64,000 bases of DNA from Octopus bimaculoides (lineage: Eukaryota), in NCBI RefSeq assembly GCF_001194135.2, contig NC_068984.1, positions 76,200,620 through 76,264,619 of the forward strand, in the 5' to 3' direction. This document shows, in pieces, positions 49,406 through 63,178 of this stretch. Position 1 is the first letter of the stretch. Each line of letters starts with the position of its first letter. A program made the translations under genes and the position numbers. The notes under the pieces were generated by a model that made no database searches, was not told the DNA's origin, and saw only the letters and a list, made by a program, of their open reading frames with translations.

Positions 49406-51265
49406 TTAAACTCTGGTTTTGAGCAGATACCTAAATGTAGCTGTCAGAAACTGGGCCCAGAACATCTGGGAAAGAACTAGCTGCATTAGACTTAATTTGT
49501 GTATTGTTCAGTGTGTTTAGAGATATGTGTCTCTCGTCTGCTTAATATTTCAGAAGATTGTATAAAGTCACTCGCAGTTCTAGCTGCTCAAGGGAAAGAG
49601 CCTCATTAATCGATGAAGGAGACTTTACTAAATTGCTTGACTTGATTTGCTAGAAATAACACTCAGATCTGCCCCAAATCATATTTAACAGTCTTAAAAA
49701 TAGAAAGTGCACAACATTGTTCTAGATACATTATCCTTAAAATAATAAATAAGTGCCTTTAGTCATAGGTCTGTTTGATCATTAATGACCTAGGGATAAG
49801 CACTAATAGCAACATCTATGCTGTCATTTTTAATCGGTTAGAAATAGCAGCCAGATCTCTTTCAGAACACCTTAAATAACAAAAGGACACATTGTATAAT
49901 GTCTGATAAGCCCCTAAAAAGACAGAATGATCAACTGGAATGCCCTGAATTACAGTTCTGTTTGATGAAGGTTTCCCTCGGCAGCTGAACAAAAACAACA
50001 ATTTTGACTTTTAACTTTCTTTTTAGTTCTGAATATCATCATCAAGTGTTTGACCCTTGTTGATGTTAGGTCTATGTCAATCTTCATCTAGCAGTTTTAT
50101 GATCAAAGACATTCTAAATATGATCAGGCCATCAATTTCTATATGACAAGCTACATTGTTTGCGCTCTTTGTTTGTTTGTTTCTTTCTTTTGTTATTTAT
50201 TTTACATAGAAAAAGGGGGAACAGCATCCATTATCATCTTTGAGGCTTCTGAGACCGAGGGGAAGAAGGAAGGAAATTATCCTTAGGTTGGACACCTTGG
50301 ATCTAGTTTTTTCTATTCACAAAATATGCATTTTTTAAAAGACACTAAAAAATCTGAAAATTGGCTTTAATAGTAAAGTTTTCCAGTCTAATTGCTATGA
50401 AGGTATGGTGTTGTGGAGATAAAAATTGGAGGAAAAAGTTACAGAGGTTTAAAAATCAAAACATAGTGTATTTTTAGCCAAATAGCAAGACAGAAATTTT
50501 CTGCGTTTAGCAGAGTGATGTCAACTTTAAGGCTGTACCCTGTGAAATTTATGGTTTAGCATCTGTGAAATGACCTCTTCATTGTAGCTTTCTAAATAAA
50601 CAAAAATACCTAATAAAATCAACATGTATCATCTTACTGTTTCTTTTGTCTCTTCATTGATTGTAGGTTTTTATTATTTTTTTAATTTGTTATATTAATA
50701 TATTTGTCTGCATATGTTTACTTTATGCATATTTCAGTATTATGTATACCTGTCATGTATTTGTGTACATCATTAATATTTTAGTGTGTGTGTGTGAGAG
50801 AGAGAAAAGGAGGCATTTGTCTCCAAAACTTCAAAGTAGAGTAATGTTTTCATGTTTGGATTTGTAAACTATGATAAGAATAACACTGGTCAACAATTTA
50901 TTCCAAGAAAAAGAATGCCTGTGTCTCATATGTTGGTGCATACACAATTAAAAAATAATGTCAAGTTATCTTTACTAAGTTCACATATTCCATTCACCTT
51001 CATTGTGCCAAGAAACTGTATTAACATTGCAAGCAACTTTTGCTATATATGGAAAATATGTAAAATATTAAGACAATTGATGAAAATATCTATAATAGAA
51101 TTGTAATTGATAAATATAAACTTTTATTAAAACAAAACACGCAGGTGAAGTAAATCTCAGTGTGAAGAATCAACACAAGCAGGTGAAACACAATGCAACG
51201 TACGGTTGTCATGGTAACAAGCTGTTAATATCTCACTGATTGTTGATTGGCTAAAATTACCCAAA

Positions 51266-51530
51266 TTTACTCTCTTTACTCTTTTACTTGTTTCAGTCAT
51301 CTGACTGTGGCCATGCTGGAGCACCGCCTTTAGTCGAGCAAATCGACCCCAGGACTTATTCTTTGGAAGCCTAGTACTTATTCTATTGGTCTCTTTTGCT
51401 GAACCGCTAAGTTACGGGGATGTAAACACACCACCATCGGTTGTCAAGCGATGTTGTGGGGGACAAACACAGACACAGAAACATATACACACACATACAT
51501 ATGTATACACACACACACACACACATATAT
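51266..51530 (-). mobile_element. Family A SINE 3' half running into a gap
   Basis: Near-identical reverse complement of 15800-16010. Confidence 0.88.
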
Positions 51531-52084
51531 NNNNNNNNNNNNNNNNNNNNNNNNNNNNNNNNNNNNNNNNNNNNNNNNNNNNNNNNNNNNNNNNNNNNNN
51601 NNNNNNNNNNNNNNNNNNNNNNNNNNNNNNNNNNNNNNNNNNNNNNNNNNNNNNNNNNNNNNNNNNNNNNNNNNNNNNNNNNNNNNNNNNNNNNNNNNNN
51701 NNNNNNNNNNNNNNNNNNNNNNNNNNNNNNNNNNNNNNNNNNNNNNNNNNNNNNNNNNNNNNNNNNNNNNNNNNNNNNNNNNNNNNNNNNNNNNNNNNNN
51801 NNNNNNNNNNNNNNNNNNNNNNNNNNNNNNNNNNNNNNNNNNNNNNNNNNNNNNNNNNNNNNNNNNNNNNNNNNNNNNNNNNNNNNNNNNNNNNNNNATT
51901 TTAGTTCCAAATAACCTCAGATTCCTTAATTTACGAGATAAAGTAATTGGTTGATCGTAATCAAGATTCAGAGTTGTATTGATACACCAAAACTGAAAGC
52001 AATCTGAGCGAAATTAAAGGGGGCTCATTTTGCGAATCAGAAAAACTAGATCCGACACCTTGTCATAAATACTTGCAATAAAGT

Positions 52085-52277
52085 TACAGGTAAGGAAATA
52101 ATTTTATTTTCAAATGCTAATAATATAGCATGAACAGGATAAACAGTCCATATTTTGCAGAAAAATCTGTCGGTGGCCAGCCATGAGACTCAAACTCACA
52201 TCCCTGTGATTACCCGTCAAGTGCTTTATTATTAGCATTATCCTGCGTTTGAAAATAAAATTATTTCCTTACCTGTA
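52085..52277. mobile_element. Unclassified short element with perfect 30-bp inverted repeats and an internal tRNA-like half
   Basis: TACAGGTAAGGAAATAATTTTATTTTCAAA (52085-52114) is the exact reverse complement of 52248-52277. B-box-like GAGTTTGAGTCTC on minus at 52197-52185. Confidence 0.75.
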
Positions 52278-52761
52278 TCTTTCAGTGCATCGCAATGCTT
52301 CTAAAGCAAACTTTGTTTGTTGACTTTCAACGTAAGTTGAACTTGCAATAAAGTGTACTTAAAGTCAGCCAAGGAACTTTTAAGACTAGTGTGTATTTTG
52401 AGGGAAAGTTGACTGCTCTTTTGAGCAGGCCAATAAACCACATCATAGAGCCTCTCTTCTTAGGTTAGGTTCATTCCTATTATGTAATATACAGCTAAAT
52501 CAAAAGTTCAGCTGATTTGTAAGGGCAACATTTGCAGTCAGTCATTCAGCAGATGAAGAGCTGAATAGACACACCTGGAAAACAGATGTTCTTATAGTCT
52601 GACTTTTCTGTATGCATATCTAACCTATATCTTGTGTGGAAATACGAAAATAAAAATCAGTGATGATGGATATTATGTAGATAATCTCCCTCCTTCCATC
52701 ACACACTCTCTTTTCCTCCCTATATAAATTTGTATGTCTGCCTTCTCTGTCTCTATCTCTT

Positions 52762-52820
<59 letters not shown>

Positions 52821-53426
52821 CATCTCTCACACACATGTGCATGCATGTGTGTGTGTGTGTGTGTGTGTGTGNNNNNNNNNNNNNNNNNNNNNNNNNNNNN
52901 NNNNNNNNNNNNNNNNNNNNNNNNNNNNNNNNNNNNNNNNNNNNNNNNNNNNNNNNNNNNNNNNNNNNNNNNNNNNNNNNNNNNNNNNNNNNNNNNNNNN
53001 NNNNNNNNNNNNNNNNNNNNNNNNNNNNNNNNNNNNNNNNNNNNNNNNNNNNNNNNNNNNNNNNNNNNNNNNNNNNNNNNNNNNNNNNNNNNNNNNNNNN
53101 NNNNNNNNNNNNNNNNNNNNNNNNNNNNNNNNNNNNNNNNNNNNNNNNNNNNNNNNNNNNNNNNNNNNNNNNNNNNNNNNNNNNNNNNNNNNNNNNNNNN
53201 NNNNNNNNNNNNNNNNNNNNNNNNNNNNNNNNNNNNNNNNNNNNNNNNNNNNNNNNNNNNNNNNNNNNNNNNNNNNNNNNNNNNNNNNNNNNNNNNNNNN
53301 NNNNNNNNNNNNNNNNNNNNNNNNNNNNNNNNNNNNNNNNNNNNNNNNNNNNNNNNNNNNNNNNNNNNNNNNNNNNNNNNNNNNNNNNNNNNNNNNNNNN
53401 NNNNNNNNNNNNNNNNNNNNNNNNNN

Positions 53427-53663
53427 CTGCTGTACTCTTTCACCACAACTTTCTCTCACTCTTACTTCCTATTTCTGTTGTGCCTGTAATTCAAAGGGTC
53501 AGCCTTGTCACACTGTGTCACGCTGATTATCCCCGAGAACTATGTTAAGGGTACACGTGTCTGTGGAGTGCTCAACCACTTGCACGTTAATTTCACGAGC
53601 AGGCTGTTCCGTTGATCGGATCAACTGGAACCCTCGACGTCGTAAGCAACGGAGTGCCAACAA
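53427..53663 (+). mobile_element. Family D SINE 3' part emerging from a gap
   Basis: Near-identical reverse complement of 20783-21020. Confidence 0.9.
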
Positions 53664-53811
53664 TTGGAATTATCAGTGTTGCTTGTAGTTTTCAGATTTC
53701 TCAGTTAACAGTGATACAACAGAAGCATGCTGGGCCAATAACCCCAGAGATCCATCAATCAAAACAATGTAATAAAGATATCTAATATATGCAAGCATAG
53801 CTAATTGGCAC

Positions 53812-54195
53812 AGGCATGTTCATGTGGTTAAGAAGCTTGCTTTTTAAGCAAATGGTTGGGGGTTCATTCCCACTGTGTGACACCTTGTGAAATTATCTTG
53901 TACAGTGCCTTTTAAGGGAATTTGGTTGGTAGAAACTGTGTGGAAGCTTTTTGTGTGTGTGTGTGTGTGTGTGTGGTGGGGAATAAGTGTATCTTTATGT
54001 TTGTCCCTCCCCACTGCTTAACAACTAGTCTTGGTTTGTTTTTTTTTACATCCCTGTAACTTAGTGGTTTGACAAAGGAGATCCCTTGAATAAGTACCAA
54101 ACTTAGAAATAAGTACTGGGGTTGATTTGTTCAACTAAGCCCTTCAAGGCAGTTCCTTAGCATATCTGCAATTCAATGATTGAAACAAGTAAGAA
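53812..54195 (+). mobile_element. Family A SINE, full length, diverged
   Basis: Head GTGGTTAAGAAGCTTGC...GGTTCATTCCC, tail CCCTGTAACTTAG...TGAAACAAGTAAG. Confidence 0.75.
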
Positions 54196-55132
54196 AAAAA
54201 AAAAAGAAAGAAGTTTTCAACTCACTACATTTAAATATATAAAAACTCTATTATATGCATATTTAGCATGCAGATCACTTTCCTGACGTATTTTTTCCTC
54301 TGCTCTCTTGTTCACACGCACTCGTATGTTGTATGTATGTTTCTATGGTTGTATACATGCAAAAACTTTAAGGCATTAAATACACTCTTCAAAGAGGAAA
54401 TGTTGATAGAGTATTGGCAGTTGGTGTATGTTTATTCAGATCTGTTCAGTTTTAAGGGTGAATGCCCTTCTTGTGACTAGCCCACACCTGTCTTGAAACT
54501 AGGTAATATTTCTCATGGCCAGACATATTTTCCACAGATGACTGAAAACATCACAGTGATGTTCATTTATAACCTTCACATATTGTCAAGACAAGGGTGC
54601 ATACTATGAGCTTCTTTCAGTTTCTGTCTATGAAACATTCACAAGGTTTTCATTGGGAAGCAAGCTTCATAACCACATAGTTACACTTGAGCCTATATAT
54701 ATATATATTTATTATAGATACAGTTGCCTTTAGAATCAAACTGTTCCATCGGTTGCAAAATTTAAAATCTCTGTATTGAATTTTCTTGTTTCATTCTGCG
54801 TTGCTATAAATATTCTCTTCCTTCAAAGATTTATTGTATTTCTATCAAAATATCTGGTAGAATATCACCTGAAGAAATGGAATGGTTATGTAACAGGATG
54901 AATTTATATTATGTTTTGTTCCAAGTTATTTAATACTGTCATATTTGGAAGAAACCATATTATTGAAACGTGTAGTGATGTTTTGATCTATCTGTTTCAG
55001 TGTGTGTGTGTGTGTGTGAGATNNNNNNNNNNNNNNNNNNNNNNNNNNNNNNNNNNNNNNNNNNNNNNNNNNNNNNNNNNNNNNNNNNNNNNNNNNNNNN
55101 NNNNNNNNNNNNNNNNNNNNNNNNNNNNNNNN

Positions 55133-55260
55133 GTGTGTGTGTGTGTATAAATATGTGTGTGTGTGTGTGTATAAATATGTGTGTGTGTGTGTGTATAAAT
55201 ATGTGTGTGTGTGTGTGTGTGTGTAAATATGTGTGTGTGTGTGTGTGTGTAAATATGTAT
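55133..55260. repeat. Minisatellite of (GT)n-ATAAATAT units
   Basis: TAAATAT recurs five times with a period of about 22-26 bp. Confidence 0.85.
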
Positions 55261-55605
55261 GTCTCTGTGTGTGTCTGTGTATCTACATGTGTTTTTGAGT
55301 GCATGTGTACATGTATATATACATATATTTCTACTGTTAGATCTAATTACCTTTTGGATATACACTTTTTATACACATCTGTATTGGCTTTCCCCTATAT
55401 ATATATGCATGAGTGTAATTCTTTTCCCAAATAAATTGCACTTCATATTCAAGACTCTGATAAAGCGATAAGGTGTTATTCAGGCACTAAACTACGAGTC
55501 CACTGCATCTTATAGCAGAAACATTTGTAAGCTAATGAAATTCATAAGATGATTGTTTATTCCTTTATCATCTCATTTTCTTTTATACATGCACACACAT
55601 ACACA

Positions 55606-55679
<74 letters not shown>

Positions 55680-56600
55680 CTTTACATACAGTAAACATAA
55701 AAAAATACAGTAGTCTGATTTGAGAGAAAAATTTGGTTGCTATTTGTGTTTTTCCAGCAGGTTGACAACTGACCACATAGATCTCATTTTAGCTCATTAA
55801 ATTTGCATTAGTTTGGTTTGCTTTGTTTCATTTTATTTATTTATTGATTTACTTTTATCTTCCTGCTTTTATTTCGTGAGAAACCGGCTGAATGAGAATA
55901 AAGAATTAGACGTACATCATTTTGTAACTAACATTTCAGGCCTTATGTTTGCTTAGTTTCAAACAATTTTTCTGGGGAGAAAAGGAAAAAAAAATGTAAA
56001 TGAGATGAAGCAGTGGACAAAGGTTATGATATTACCGGGTATATAGGAGTTGAGTAGGTGGAATTAATCTATGTTTTCAATCTAATTTGTTATGTTCTGT
56101 AGTGTAACTTTTTTTTTTTATGTATGCATAACTATGTGTACATGTATACAAACACAAGCACTGAAAAATGTATGAATGTGTTGATGTAATGTTAAGAATA
56201 TAATGTGAGTCTGAACGAAGTTATGCACACAAATGAAAACTTGTAAATATATACACACATACATGTATACATACACACATTACACATACATGTACACACA
56301 TGCCCACAGACAGATGGTTAATATTTGTTGTGTTATAAAAAAGTAGAACATAAAAATACTCTAAACATGCTTTTATAAATTATGAAAAATTGAATATAAC
56401 ACAAAGAACAAGTTTGTCAATGTGTGTGTACATGTATATTCACTGACAAACTTGTATGTGCATGCTTGCATATTTCTTTCTCCTAATACTGATGTCAGTT
56501 TCTAAGAAAAAAACGGTTTTATTCAAATTTAGACATCAATACCATTTACAAGTAGGTAGAAAAGTATGCATGTACATGTGTATGTTGGCTGAAAATTGTA

Positions 56601-56947
56601 TCTTTTATTTGTTTCAGTCTTTGGACTGCAGTCATGCTGGGGCACTGCCTTAAGGGGTTTTAGTCAAATAAAATGACCCGAGTACCCATTTTCTAAGCTT
56701 GGTACTTATTCTGTTGGTCTTTTTTACTGAAATGCTAAGTTGCAGGGATGTAAACAAACCAACATTAGTTTTCACACATATGTATATACAATAGGCTTCT
56801 TTCAGTTTCCATCCACCAAATCCACTTGCAAGGCTTTGGTCAGTCTGGAGCTACAGTAGAAGACACTTGCCCAAGGTGCCATGCAGTGGGACTGAACCCG
56901 GAACCATATGTGGTTGGGAAGCATACTTCTTGCCACACAGCCATGCC
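56601..56947 (-). mobile_element. Family A SINE, full length
   Basis: Reverse complement has the head GGCATGGCTGTGTGGCAAG...GGTTCAGTCCC and the tail ACTGAAACAAATAAAAGA. Confidence 0.8.
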
Positions 56948-57425
56948 TATATATGTATATAAGTTGAAAAATATGTGTGATGTCAGTAGGTAGAACAATA
57001 TGCTCAAATATGAGACAAAATAATCTGAAAGAGACTGAGTGTCAACAGTTTTGCTCACCCTGCTAGAAAAAGCAGCCAAATCTCCTGCAAACCACGCTTT
57101 ACCATCTTAAGAAAGAAAAGACATTAAATAATGTAGTCCATATTATACCATACTACAAAATATATCCAACACTGTATGTAGAGTCAGATATAAACACCTT
57201 GTCTTTATATAGGATTTTCTTTGTGGACAAAAACAGGAGGAATCAGTTGAACTAGTTTCAACCCTGAGTTTGGATTTCATCAATCACTAAACATTGTCTT
57301 TGACTGTCTTATTAAGTGCTAACTGAACAGTAATTTGCACATGTATTTTATTCTTAGTAACTAGTTAAATTATGAGTGAGTTTACAATGTTTCCATATTC
57401 AATACTTTACTGTATGTACTATTTG

Positions 57426-57519
<94 letters not shown>

Positions 57520-58393
57520 CATATATATACCATCATCCTTTAATGTTCGTTTTCTATGGGTTGAATGGTTTGACCAGAGCTAACGAGCTGGGAAGTTGTA
57601 TCAGGTTCCAGTTTGATTTGGCATGGTTTCTACAGCTGGATGCTTTTCATAATGCCAACCGCTCCATGGTGTGTGCTGGGCACTTTTAACATGTCACTGG
57701 CACAAGCACTTTTACATGGCACTTGCACAACTGCTTTTTACATGGCACCAACACAAAACTCTTCTAGGCCAATCCTCTTCACCAGATGATACAGCCTTAG
57801 CATTTCAGCTGTGGAGGACAGGTCAGTGTTGGCTAAAAATCTGTGGGCAATCAATTATATTTTATTTTGGCTATGAAATGTTTTGTGATAGCTATTTTGG
57901 TGCTGCCTGTTTGCTACCACTGATTCACTGCTGACTTATTTGACATCAGATGTTTTTTTTTTTTTGTTTCTCATGTTCTCTTTCCATCTCTCTTTCTCTC
58001 TTCTCATCTTTCTCTGTTTTATGTGGTTAAGCATTCAGTTAATAAATTTTAATCTCTTCCTCCCCCCCTCTCTCTCTATGTGTTACATTTCTGTACATGT
58101 ATGAATTTATGTGAATGTGTGTGTTTGCCTCCAATTCCTAAAAGTACTGTCACCAAAACAGGTTGAATGTTCTGTCAGCCATGCCAAGTCATCAGCATCC
58201 AAACAGCTGCACCCAATCATTTCATTCTGTGTTATTTAGCCCCTGGTCAGTCCTTATTGAGTAGATTTGTGATTAAAATATTCCAGCCATGATTATCCTA
58301 TTTATCAGCTTCTGAGACTCTATTATATATGTCCTTTCATTTTGTTAGAATGTACAAGTGTACATGGGGAGGAGATGAACATCTCATCTTCTT

Positions 58394-58878
58394 TTGTTAA
58401 ATTTCGTCGCCCTTTCAAAGCCTAGCCAGGCTCATGGGCCCGGTTTCCCAGTTTCTATGGCGTATGTGTTCCCCCCAGCTGGACGGGACGCCAGTCCATC
58501 ACAGCGTTACTCAAGAAACAGGAAGAAAGAGTGAGAGAAAGTTGGGGCAAAAGAGTACAACAGGAGTCGCCTCCACCCTCTGCCGAAGCCACGTGGAGCT
58601 TAGGTGTTTTCACTCAATAAACACTCACAACACCCGNNNNNNNNNNCCCCCAGCTGGACGGGACGCCAGTCCATCACAGCGTTACTCAAGAAACAGGAAG
58701 AAAGAGTGAGAGAAAGTTGGGGCAAAAGAGTACAACAGGAGTCGCCTCCACCCTCTGCCGAAGCCACGTGGAGCTTAGGTGTTTTCACTCAATAAACACT
58801 CACAACACCCGGTCTGGGAATCGAATCCGTGATCCTCCGACCGCGAGTCCGCTGCCCTAACCACTGGGCCATTGCGCC
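58394..58878 (-). mobile_element. tRNA(Arg)-like SINE with family D head and V-domain-like tail, 12-bp TSD
   Basis: Same head as 21060-21158. Tail GATGGACTGGCGTCCCGTCCAG...AGAAACTGGG...ATGAGCC. TSD TCTCATCTTCTT at 58382-58393 and 58879-58890. Contains an artefactual 165-bp duplication across a 10-N gap. Confidence 0.88.
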
Positions 58879-59004
58879 TCTCATCTTCTTAGGGATGTTT
58901 AAAACTTCTTCGTTTAATGAGATTTGGCTACTGTATTTAGCAAGCAAGTAACCATTTCAATATTTGATGCATACATTGTATCTGACAATAGGTAAGGTGG
59001 TCAA

Positions 59005-59325
59005 CATGGCTGAGTAATAAGAAGTTTGCTTCCCAACATGGTTCCAGGTTCAGACCCACTGTGTGGAACTTTGGGTAAGTGTCTTCTACTATAGCCCCAG
59101 GGTGGCCAAAGCCTTGTGAGTGGCATTGGTAGATGATAACTGAAAAAAGTCCATCATATGTATGTGTGTGTGTGTGTTTACATCCCCTATAACTTAGCAG
59201 TTTGATGAAAGTGACTGATGGAATAAGTACCAGTACTAGGGTTTATTCTGTGGACTAAAATTCATCAAGGCAGTGCCCTAGCATGACCGTAGTCTTATGA
59301 CTAAAATAAGTAGAAAGATAAAAGA
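59005..59325 (+). mobile_element. Family A SINE, diverged
   Basis: GGTTCAGACCC, GGGTAAGTGTCTTCTACTATAGCC, tail GACTAAAATAAGTAGAAAG. Confidence 0.75.
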
Positions 59326-62242
59326 AGTCAGCCTTACCAGGACTGACCTGGGGTTTAACAACAATGTTATATATGTTCTTATGGAAATCAGTTTAGCTCT
59401 TTCTTAATTAGTTTTCTTAAGAAGCAACTTTTTGATAGATTTGATTCCTGTGTATGGATTTTGTTACTGTTGTTGTTTTGTTCCTGATCAGCAAACAAAG
59501 ACATTCCAGTGATGACCATCCCTTCATTTTTTTCAAATATAGATTCACATTGTTTAATCTGTCCTTTTGTATTTTTAAATGCTACAATGTAACTTGAAGG
59601 AGATTTGACAGCTATTTCTAAAGATCGATCAATGATATAATGATAGTCTTTAACAAATGGACATTTTTATTCTCTTTGGATTTGGTTGACACTACAGACT
59701 TCTAATCTAAATAGGATTGGAAATAAATCCATGGATCTCATATCAGAAAATGCTTGTTGTTTATGACAGGAATTCATATCATATTGAAAGATGCTTCATT
59801 GTGTTCTTGGGCTGTATATATTACTTGCTTCAGTTTATATCTCTGTGAGGAAACAGAGTAATTGAGAGGTTGGTAAAGAGAGAGAAAAAAAGCAGTACCA
59901 CTCCTGTTTATTTTCAAAATTAAATTCTTAATAAATTTGAGTCTAATTTCCAGCAGAGGATGGAAGAAATAAATAATATATTTTGCTCTTCCAAATACTA
60001 CTACAAAAATAAAAATAACAGCTAAGCTATTCAAATGCTATTTTAGAGAATAAATTACTCAGAAGTTATTCATTTTAATCAAATGTTTGTTAATCTAGGG
60101 AGTCATTGTAGTTCAAAACAAGCAAAATCCATGAATAAAACAATATAAATTAGAAATAAAAAAGAAAAATATTGGCTTTTAGTAAAGTCTTTAAAGTTAA
60201 ATTAAAGCTAGTCTCTCTTTCGAAACAGGATCCCCAGCTTTCTATTTTCAGATTATATCCTTGCTGTTTTCGACCATTTACCTTCAGCTGGGAAAAATGG
60301 TTTTATAAACAGTGTGTTTGTGGGCTTTGAAGGAAACAAAGCAGGTTGTTCACATGATGAGCCATGAAAACTAATACAATATTATATTGATTTGCTGAAA
60401 GCATTGTAATAATCATCAATGGTTTCAGTCTAATCAATGATTCTATTGGCCCAGTGAAAACATCCCAATAGAAAAAAAGAAAATAATCGATAGTTTTGCC
60501 CTTTGATGTCTTCCAATTTCATAACTGAAGCACTTGTGGTAGAGCTAACATCTAGCTTCTTTGTCAGCTTAAATCTGTTACACTTGACTGCTTCAATGTA
60601 AGCTCTTTGTTTGCATTTACTTTTGAAGTTGTATAGACTTAAAACATCTTAAACATGTTGATCCCAAAGTGTTAATAACATGAAGATATGTGTGCAGGCA
60701 TGGCTGTGTGGTCTAGGAGTTTGGTTTGCTGCCATATATTATTCTGGGTTTGATCCAATTCCATCTTGTGAGTGAAATTATATAGATGAAACGTTTGTGA
60801 AAGCCTGAGCAAATGTAACTGACCTGACATAGTTATTTAGGACCAAAATGTCATGTGCAGTCATAGTTTAGTTGCCCTGCAGATGTGAACATCTCTTCTA
60901 CAATCAGAATGAGAATATCTATGAACAGCTGCTTTGTAAACTGCAACTCTTCTAACATGATCATAAATGTACAGTTGGTTCTGTTAGTAAATGTCTAAGT
61001 CATAATCTGGAGAAGCTCGGATTTTCAACTTGTAAGTGGAACAGTAAAAATATGCAAGACTTTCTTGAATTTTGACATGTAACAATTATTGTTGTTCTCC
61101 ATATCCAGTAATGGAGCTATGGTTTCTTTGTTAGAAATCATTTATTCATGGCACCAGTACTAGTGAGGTAGCTCACTGAATGGGACTACAGTAAAGAGGG
61201 CAGCTGCGTTATGCTAGATGATGAGAGGTTAAAAGGATGAGAGAAGGGGATGGAACAGATTTCTTACTGTAGAGGCTCCCCTTGAAATAATTTGATTTGT
61301 TTTTTAATGTTTTATTTTATTTTATATAATCCATTCTGCTTGTAGGTGATGAATCAGTTGTTATTGTTGTTTAGCTTCAGATCCACTCATCCTGTAGATC
61401 TATGACCCAAGGCATATGACGAGTGTGATTTATGTTCAGGCATGGCACATCTAAGACTACATTATCTATTGTGTTCTTTCTGTAGATGATGGTGTAATTT
61501 GAGGGGCATTTAGCTGCTGTTATTTGCCTGTCAGATGGTCACCTCCCCTATGTTGTGTGTGTGTGTGTGATTAGAATATTATAAATCGACGTTTATGTTG
61601 AGATGTATTATATACAGTAATATCACATGACATGCCAACAAGGGAAATTCTCTACTTGGTCATTTGTCCTGTGAGAAATAACAGCCAAATCTTTCTCATT
61701 TCACATCCTGCCATCTTTAGAAAAAGGATGAGAGACTCATTGGGTGGGCTGGAAGAAAAAAAGAAAAGGAGATTAAACTGTTATGGCTGGAATCTTATTG
61801 ACCACAGTTCTGCTTGATCTGAACTGGGTTTGCTTATGACCAATAACTACAACAAAAGAGATATCTCTTCCATCATCTGCAGTTAATCATGAAAAGACAC
61901 AATATGATAATTCTTTAAATCTACAATTATTGTTGATTGGGAGTGGAAAAAGAAATTCTGTTAAATCTCAGTTTTATTATCATGTTCTTTCTCTACAAGA
62001 GTCAAATAGATGAAGAATTCCAAGTGTTGGCATTATAACAAATGCTTTTATATCATCTTCCAAAAACATTGTGAGTAAGAGTGAATGTATACATGTATGT
62101 ATATATGTGTGTGTATTCTATATGCATGTATGTGCATTTATATATATGCATATGCTTATGTATGTATGTATCATGCATATATGCATATGTTTGCATGTAT
62201 TGATATATACATATGCATGTATGAATGAATGTGTGTGTGTGT

Positions 62243-62248
62243 ATGTAT

Positions 62249-62335
<87 letters not shown>
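62243..62335. repeat. Long (TA)n microsatellite
   Basis: About 40 TA units. Many shorter (TA)n, (CA)n, (TAA)n, (GAT)n and (TCTA)n tracts occur throughout the window. Confidence 0.95.
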
Positions 62336-62336
<1 letters not shown>

Positions 62337-62746
62337 TTGCTTGCATGTGTATATATGTTTGTATCAATATCTGGATGTATGCACATGTGTGCTTAGCTAT
62401 TCCTTCCTCAACGACCAGATGATCTAATAATACAAATGTAATCTGACATTTCCAAAGCAACAACTGAATATATTTACAATATTTGAAGGAGGATAAAAAA
62501 AAAGAAAACAAAAAAAAAGAAATAAAGACTAAAATAAAATAAATCAACGTTCATTTTTAATGTATGAAGAATATTCCCTGTTTTGCTTCCTAATCTCATA
62601 TAAATTTTGGCTTCTTCATTTTCTTTCAAATATTTAGTATGTGCTTTTGTGGAGATATTTATTTATCACACTTATATACTAGTACTTCACTTCTTGCGTA
62701 CCTCTTCTTACTACACTATTTAGGTAGTGTACTTGTGTTTTATTAA

Positions 62747-63178
62747 CCCTTTTGATACCAACCTACCCAAGACCACCCTGTTGTTGTGATACAAACTTCC
62801 TGTTTTTAAGTGATCTAAATTAAAACCTATCAAAATTTCATGTGGATGTTTCAAAAAACCACCTTAATAATAATTAATTTTTACTAATTTCTTTATTATT
62901 TTCAAAATTAAGTGAAACAAGCACAGTTTAGTTTAACAAAAATATGGTGACAAAAGAGTTAACCATTTTGATATAAATCAGCCTGAAACTCTCCCCTTGT
63001 CCATGATACAAAGTTCCTATCTCAAGGTTATCTGCATTTAAACCTTCCATCAAAACTTCATGTTAATCTAAGTTGCAAGCACTTTAATAATGTCAAAGTT
63101 TACCAAATTCTTTATTATTTTCAAAGTTAATCGAAACAAGGACAGTGTATTTCAACAGAAATATAGTAACAAAAAAAG
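62747..63178. mobile_element. Tandem dimer of piggyBac-like MITE P1 sharing one TTAA
   Basis: TTAA 62743-62746, copy 1 62747-62958, TTAA 62959-62962, copy 2 62963-63178, then TCAA. TIR CCCTTTTGATACCA / TGGTGACAAAAGAG. Confidence 0.8.

Larger units (their letters stand above)
1408..58646. other. Assembly gaps (N runs), 11 in total, mostly abutting microsatellites
   Basis: N runs at about 1408-1695, 2925-3608, 17344-17469, 21649-21658, 22122-22526, 24336-24345, 44615-44714, 51531-51897, 52872-53426, 55023-55132 and 58637-58646. Confidence 0.98.

Noticed and set aside
52085-52277. Two host-gene exons with strong CAG|GTAAGG donors on opposite strands
   Set aside because: Both donors are the two arms of one inverted repeat, so they belong to a repeat element.
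58472-58811. Exact 165-bp tandem duplication (58472-58636 and 58647-58811)
   Set aside because: Identical copies separated by a 10-N spacer, the signature of unmerged overlapping contig ends.
60435-60640. Stop-free stretch of about 68 codons on the minus strand
   Set aside because: No convincing donor or motif. Stretches of this length occur repeatedly by chance in the window.
1265-62547. Most ORFs in the supplied track (YIYI, HTHT, CVCV, SLSL, poly-L/N and poly-X peptides)
   Set aside because: They are translations of microsatellites or N-gaps, or antisense frames of SINEs and LINEs.
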